Source: an uncultured Chloroflexia bacterium
GTDB taxonomy: Bacteria; Chloroflexota; Limnocylindria; Limnocylindrales; CSP1-4
Direction of reading: 5' to 3'
Length of the DNA stretch: 64,000 nucleotides
NCBI GenBank assembly: GCA_963832105.1
Contig: CAWHSS010000003.1
Location: forward strand, 984,131 to 1,048,130
Below the pieces are notes generated by a model. That model was not told where the DNA came from. It searched no databases and saw nothing but the letters and a program-made list of their open reading frames with translations. The position numbers and the translations under genes were made by a program. Below are positions 60,142 through 64,000 of the stretch, one piece after another; the stretch's first letter is position 1; each line of letters starts with the position of its first letter.

Positions 60142-60447
60142 TCAGGCGATCGGGCCCTCAGCCGGACCGGAAGCCTCCGACAAGGGTGCGGTTGCGGGTG
60201 CCTGCAAGGTGTTCGCGACCGGGTCCGTCGGGCTCGCGACGGGCGAAGAATCGCGGAACTCCTGGAGCTTGCCGATGCCGAAGAGGATCCCGCCGATCAC
60301 CATCGCGCTGAGCCCGACCGGCTGCTGCATGCCGCCGAGCCATGACAGGATCAGGAGCTGGTAGTCGAACATCGGCAGGAAGAACGCGAGGGCCCCGAGG
60401 ATCAGCAGAGTGCCACCGCCGCCGGCGAGCTGGTTTTCCTTCTTCAT
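60142..60447 (-). CDS. Small membrane protein (hypothetical)
   Basis: MKKENQLAGGGGTLLILGALAFFLPMF..LSAMVIGGILFGIG, 2-3 TM segments and a Pro/Ala tail. Confidence 0.55.
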   Translation of the reverse strand: MKKENQLAGGGGTLLILGALAFFLPMFDYQLLILSWLGGMQQPVGLSAMVIGGILFGIGKLQEFRDSSPVASPTDPVANTLQAPATAPLSEASGPAEGPIA

Positions 60448-60566
60448 CGTTCCACTCCCCTCAGAGCGGCGACGAGAACGCGCCGCGCCGGCCCAGCATA
60501 GCCACGGGTATTCGGAGCGATAGCCCCTCCTGAGATCTCCGGTGCCCGCGATCACCATCGGCTCGT

Positions 60567-61159
60567 TCACTTGACGACGACGGTGTTCTCCACAGTGAGC
60601 TGATGGGGCTCGCCACCGCAGTCGCCGAGCGAGACGTCGAGGTGGGCGATGATCCGCCAGGTCCCCGCGGGCAGCCTGAGGATCGGATCCACGTACCAGG
60701 CGAGGTCGAAGCCTCGTCTCGCGTCGTCCGGGGACCCCGCCTTCGCGAACGGAAGTGCCGCCGATTCGCCCTTCGCGAGTTCGGTCCTGAGGCACGGCTG
60801 GTCCATTCCGCCACCCATGCCGCGCTCCCCGCCAACCTCCTCGATCTGGAACGCGATCGGATAGGCGGCGTGGAACAGCGCCTCCGTCGGGCGTGGCCCG
60901 AGGTACGTCACGGTCGCGACCGGTTCGATCGCGTCTTCTTCGCTGTAGTGGCCTGTGGGGTCGTCAGTAGCCAGTCGAAGCTCGTGTCCTCGGCCGTCGA
61001 CCCCACCGGGGCGCCAGGTCCGGTCCGCGGCGGCTCGGTGCGGAGCACCAGCCCTCCCACGGCGACGAGCACGACCGCGGCGATCGCCCCGATCAGCAGT
61101 CTCACCAGCCAGCGCCACCCGCGAGACAGCTCGAACGCCGGGCTAGATGGAGATCGCAT
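60567..61159 (-). pseudogene. Membrane-anchored hypothetical protein, one frame break near 60950-61010
   Basis: [36 protein letters not shown] (frame of the 60908..63172 tail) | DDPTGHYSEEDAIEPVATVTYLG...LDVSLGDCGGEPHQLTVENTVVVK. The ATG shares one base with the MCC-beta stop. Confidence 0.5.
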
Positions 61160-62757
61160 CACATCCGGAAGACGCCGAACCGGGTCTCGGGGATCGGCGC
61201 ATGGAGGGCGGCCTCGATGCCAAGGGCGAGGACCTGGCGCGTCTCGAGCGGATCGATGACGCCGTCGTCCCATAGCCGCGCCGTCGCGAAGTAGGGGTTG
61301 CCCTCGCGCTCGTACGTCTCGAGGATCGGCGCCTCGAAGGCGTCGCGCGCGGCGTCGTCGGCGAGGTCGCCGCTGACCGTCGACAGGACGCGGGCGGCCT
61401 GCTGGCCGCCCATGACGCTGATTCGGGCGTTCGGCCAGGTCCACAGGAACCGCGGCTGGTAGGCGCGGCCGGCCATCGCGTAATTCCCGGCGCCGAAGCT
61501 GCCGCCGATGATCACGGTGAACTTCGGCACCTCCGCGCAGGCGACGGCGGTGACCATCTTCGCCCCGTCCTTGGCGATGCCGCCGGCCTCGTACTCGCGG
61601 CCGACCATGAAGCCGGTGATGTTCTGCAGGAACACGAGCGGGATCTTCCGCTGCGCGGCGAGCTCGATGAAGTGGGCGCCCTTGAGCGCCGACGCGCTGA
61701 ACAGGATCCCGTCGTTGGCGATGATCCCGACCGGATAGCCCTCGATGTGGGCGAACCCGGTGACGAGCGTCTCGCCGTAGCGCGGCTTGAAGTCGTGGAA
61801 GCGGCTGCCGTCGACGAGGCGGGCGATGATCTCGCGGACCTCGACGGGCCGCCGGGCATCCGCCGAGACGGCGCCATAGAGCCCGGCCGGGTCGACGGCC
61901 GGCGGCTCCGGCGTCGCCCGATCCCACGGGGGCTCGGGCGGCCGCCGGTTGAGATTGCTGACGATCGACCGACCGAGGGCGAGGGCGTGCTCGTCGTCGA
62001 GCGCGAGGTGATCGGCGACGCCGGAGATCGCGGTGTGGACGTCGCCTCCCCCGAGATCCTCGGCGCTCACCTCCTCGCCGGTCGCGGCCTTCACGAGCGG
62101 TGGGCCGCCGAGGAAGATCGTGCCGGTGCCCTTGACGATGACCGTCTCGTCGCTCATCGCCGGGACATAGGCTCCGCCGGCCGTGGAGCTGCCCATCACG
62201 AGGGCGACCTGGGGGATCCCGGCCGCCGACATCCGGGCCTGGTTGTAGAAGATCCGGCCGAAATGGTCGCGGTCGGGGAAGACGTCGGCCTGGAGGGGGA
62301 GGAATGCGCCGCCGCTGTCGACGAGATACACGCACGGCAGTCGGTTCTCGAGGGCGATCTCCTGGGCGCGGAGATGCTTCTTGACCGTCAGCGGGTAGTA
62401 GGTGCCGCCCTTCACGGTCGCGTCGTTGGCGACGATCACGACCGTCGTCCCCTCGATCCGGCCGATCCCGGTCACGATCCCGGCCGCCGGGGCATCGTCG
62501 TCGTAGAGACCGTTGGCGGCGAGCGGACTCAGCTCGAGGAACGCGGAGCCGGGGTCGATGAGCCGGTCGATCCGCTCGCGGACCGGCAGCTTGCCTCGCT
62601 CGCGATGCCGCGCGATCGAGCGATCGTCGCCGCCCGCACCGCCGCTCGTGACGTCGGCCTGACGAGCGCGCAGGTCGGCAACGAGCGTGGCCATGGCGTC
62701 GTGGTTCGCGCGTACCTCGGGGCTGGCGGGATCGAGCCGGCTCCGGAGGACGGGCAT
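61159..62757 (-). CDS. Methylcrotonyl-CoA carboxylase beta subunit (carboxyltransferase)
   Basis: 532 aa, intact. [67 protein letters not shown], a typical acyl-CoA carboxylase CT subunit. Confidence 0.92.
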   Translation of the reverse strand: MPVLRSRLDPASPEVRANHDAMATLVADLRARQADVTSGGAGGDDRSIARHRERGKLPVRERIDRLIDPGSAFLELSPLAANGLYDDDAPAAGIVTGIGRIEGTTVVIVANDATVKGGTYYPLTVKKHLRAQEIALENRLPCVYLVDSGGAFLPLQADVFPDRDHFGRIFYNQARMSAAGIPQVALVMGSSTAGGAYVPAMSDETVIVKGTGTIFLGGPPLVKAATGEEVSAEDLGGGDVHTAISGVADHLALDDEHALALGRSIVSNLNRRPPEPPWDRATPEPPAVDPAGLYGAVSADARRPVEVREIIARLVDGSRFHDFKPRYGETLVTGFAHIEGYPVGIIANDGILFSASALKGAHFIELAAQRKIPLVFLQNITGFMVGREYEAGGIAKDGAKMVTAVACAEVPKFTVIIGGSFGAGNYAMAGRAYQPRFLWTWPNARISVMGGQQAARVLSTVSGDLADDAARDAFEAPILETYEREGNPYFATARLWDDGVIDPLETRQVLALGIEAALHAPIPETRFGVFRM

Positions 62758-62807
62758 GGTCCGATGATAGGTCGGAACCGCACGCCGCCAAGCGACGTCG
62801 TCGCGCC

Positions 62808-63335
62808 GTGCCGAAGCTTCGCCTGTTGGTGGCCATCGCCTTGACGACCGTTGTCGTCTCGGCGTGCGGTTGGCAGGAGTCGCCGCGGCCGTCGCCCCGG
62901 TCCTCGCCCGTGGCGTCGTCTACGCCCTCCGTCGAGCCACTGGCGACGCCGTCCCCTGAGCCGGTTTCGGCGATCGTGACGATCGAGACGCGCGGCGGCG
63001 AATGCCCGAACGGCCCCTGTGGGTCGGTTGTCGCGATCGAAGCCGACGGTCGGGTCCACCAGCTCCAGCCGACGGACGAGGTGATCGGGCAGGTCCCGCC
63101 GGAGGTTCTCGAGGCCCTTCGGATCGAGATCGACCAGGCGAACTTCTCGCTGATCGAGAGCCGGCCCTTCACCGACCTGTGCCCGACTGCCTTTGACGGC
63201 CAGGAGACGATCTACGTCTTCACCGTCGGGCTCGGGGCGGGCTTCGAGCGGATCGCCTCGTGCGAGGTCGCGATCGATCCTTCCAATCCTCTATTCGTCG
63301 CCGTCTCGGCTGCGCTCCAGGCCGTTGGCCCCTGA
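62808..63335 (+). CDS. Hypothetical lipoprotein
   Basis: [20 protein letters not shown] lipobox, a Pro/Ser linker and a Cys-containing globular part. Confidence 0.65.
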   Translation: MPKLRLLVAIALTTVVVSACGWQESPRPSPRSSPVASSTPSVEPLATPSPEPVSAIVTIETRGGECPNGPCGSVVAIEADGRVHQLQPTDEVIGQVPPEVLEALRIEIDQANFSLIESRPFTDLCPTAFDGQETIYVFTVGLGAGFERIASCEVAIDPSNPLFVAVSAALQAVGP

Positions 63336-63352
63336 CCGGGGCAACTCGCGGA

Positions 63353-63709
63353 TCAGTCCCGCCGCCGCACGCGGATCTGCGCCACCACCGTCGTGACGAC
63401 GCCGATCGCGAGCAATACCCCACCGACCGCAAGCCAACCACCAATGTCCGGGCTGCCGCACTCCTGGCCCGGCGCGGCATCGAACGCCTGGCACGCTTGG
63501 TTGGATCGGACGAGTAGCGCGAGCCACGCCGTCCCGAGCCCGATGAAGAGCCCGCCGACGGCCGGCAACCGTGGCGACGCCTTGATCAGCCCCAGTAAGA
63601 AGGCCAGGACGATGAGCCAGCCGAGGGTCGGAAAGGAGAGGGTGAGAATGCCGGCCGCAACTCCGACTACGACCCCCGCGAGCCAGTTCGATCGGCCGCG
63701 GCTCTTCAC
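63353..63709 (-). CDS. Hypothetical membrane protein (3-4 TM)
   Basis: WLAGVVVGVAAGILTLSF..GWLIVLAFLLGLI..GGLFIGLGTAWLALLV..WLAVGGVLLAIGVV. Confidence 0.6.
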   Translation of the reverse strand: MKSRGRSNWLAGVVVGVAAGILTLSFPTLGWLIVLAFLLGLIKASPRLPAVGGLFIGLGTAWLALLVRSNQACQAFDAAPGQECGSPDIGGWLAVGGVLLAIGVVTTVVAQIRVRRRD

Positions 63710-64000
63710 AGGACGTCCTTGAGCGCCGATTCGACGGTGGGATGACGGAACATGTAACCGGCCGCGAGGGCCTTCGCCGGAACGGCAACGCGGCCATGAA
63801 GGACGATGTCGGCCTGGCCCCAGAGGGCAAGGCGGAGGAGGAAAGCCGGAGCCGGGAAGGCCGCCGGTCGGCGCATTGCCCGGCCGATCGCGCGAGCGAG
63901 ATCGCGCTGGGTCGGTACCTCCGGTGCCACCATGTTGAGCGGCCCGGAAACCGACTCATCGCGGATCGCGAGGTCGTAGAGCCCCACGGCATCATCGACA
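63706..64000 (-). CDS. Epimerase-family protein C-terminus (TIGR01777 / DUF1731-like); N-terminus outside the window
   Basis: ..GPLNMVAPEVPTQRDLARAIGRAMRRPAAFPAPAFLLRLALWGQADIVLHGRVAVPAKALAAGYMFRHPTVESAL is the typical YfcH-type C-terminal domain. The ORF continues past 64000. Confidence 0.75.
   Translation of the reverse strand, partial: VDDAVGLYDLAIRDESVSGPLNMVAPEVPTQRDLARAIGRAMRRPAAFPAPAFLLRLALWGQADIVLHGRVAVPAKALAAGYMFRHPTVESALKDVL

Overview
Very G+C-rich, Actinomycetota-like chromosomal window. Evidence for that placement: an mprA-mprB-pepD-like trio, LigC with a stand-alone LigD-type primase-polymerase, a YciI-ECF sigma pair, gpgS and Tad pseudopilins. I call about 65 protein genes, one tRNA-Thr(CGU), several hairpin terminators and a few regulatory sites. 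I found no CRISPR array, transposase, integrase or prophage genes.

Gene content by region:
- 0-27 kb: envelope-stress two-component system plus HtrA, L25/Ctc, DNA-repair genes, a Kef-type antiporter, an S8 protease, a sugar-acid cluster, an isolated ftsZ, ptsH-ptsI and NhaP.
- 27-34 kb: accessory genes around the tRNA, mostly frame-disrupted.
- 35.5-40.8 kb: a lower-GC island made of two paralogous TadE-PKD / TadE / TadG-like pseudopilin modules.
- 41-43.5 kb: a kinase and response-regulator pair.
- 44-50 kb: an operon of a ligase-like protein, a glycosyltransferase, USP-USP-GpgS, glycerate kinase and an EndoIII-like protein.
- 50-64 kb: MFS transporter, galE, cca, HNH and a leucine-catabolic MCC / HMG-CoA-lyase cluster.

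Main caveat: manual frame tracking finds roughly 40 single-base frame breaks in 19 genes, and they are strongly clustered. They may be assembly indels or real gene decay, and I cannot tell which from sequence alone.

Most interesting candidates:
- the orphan duplicated pseudopilin island with PKD/PASTA-tipped TadE proteins;
- an FtsZ with a predicted N-terminal membrane anchor, located outside any dcw cluster;
- a catalytically dead ligase-like gene heading the GpgS operon;
- a USP-USP-GpgS fusion;
- an HTH-biotin carboxylase fusion.

Coordinates derived from the ORF track plus residue offsets are reliable. Frame-break positions are good to about 10 nt.
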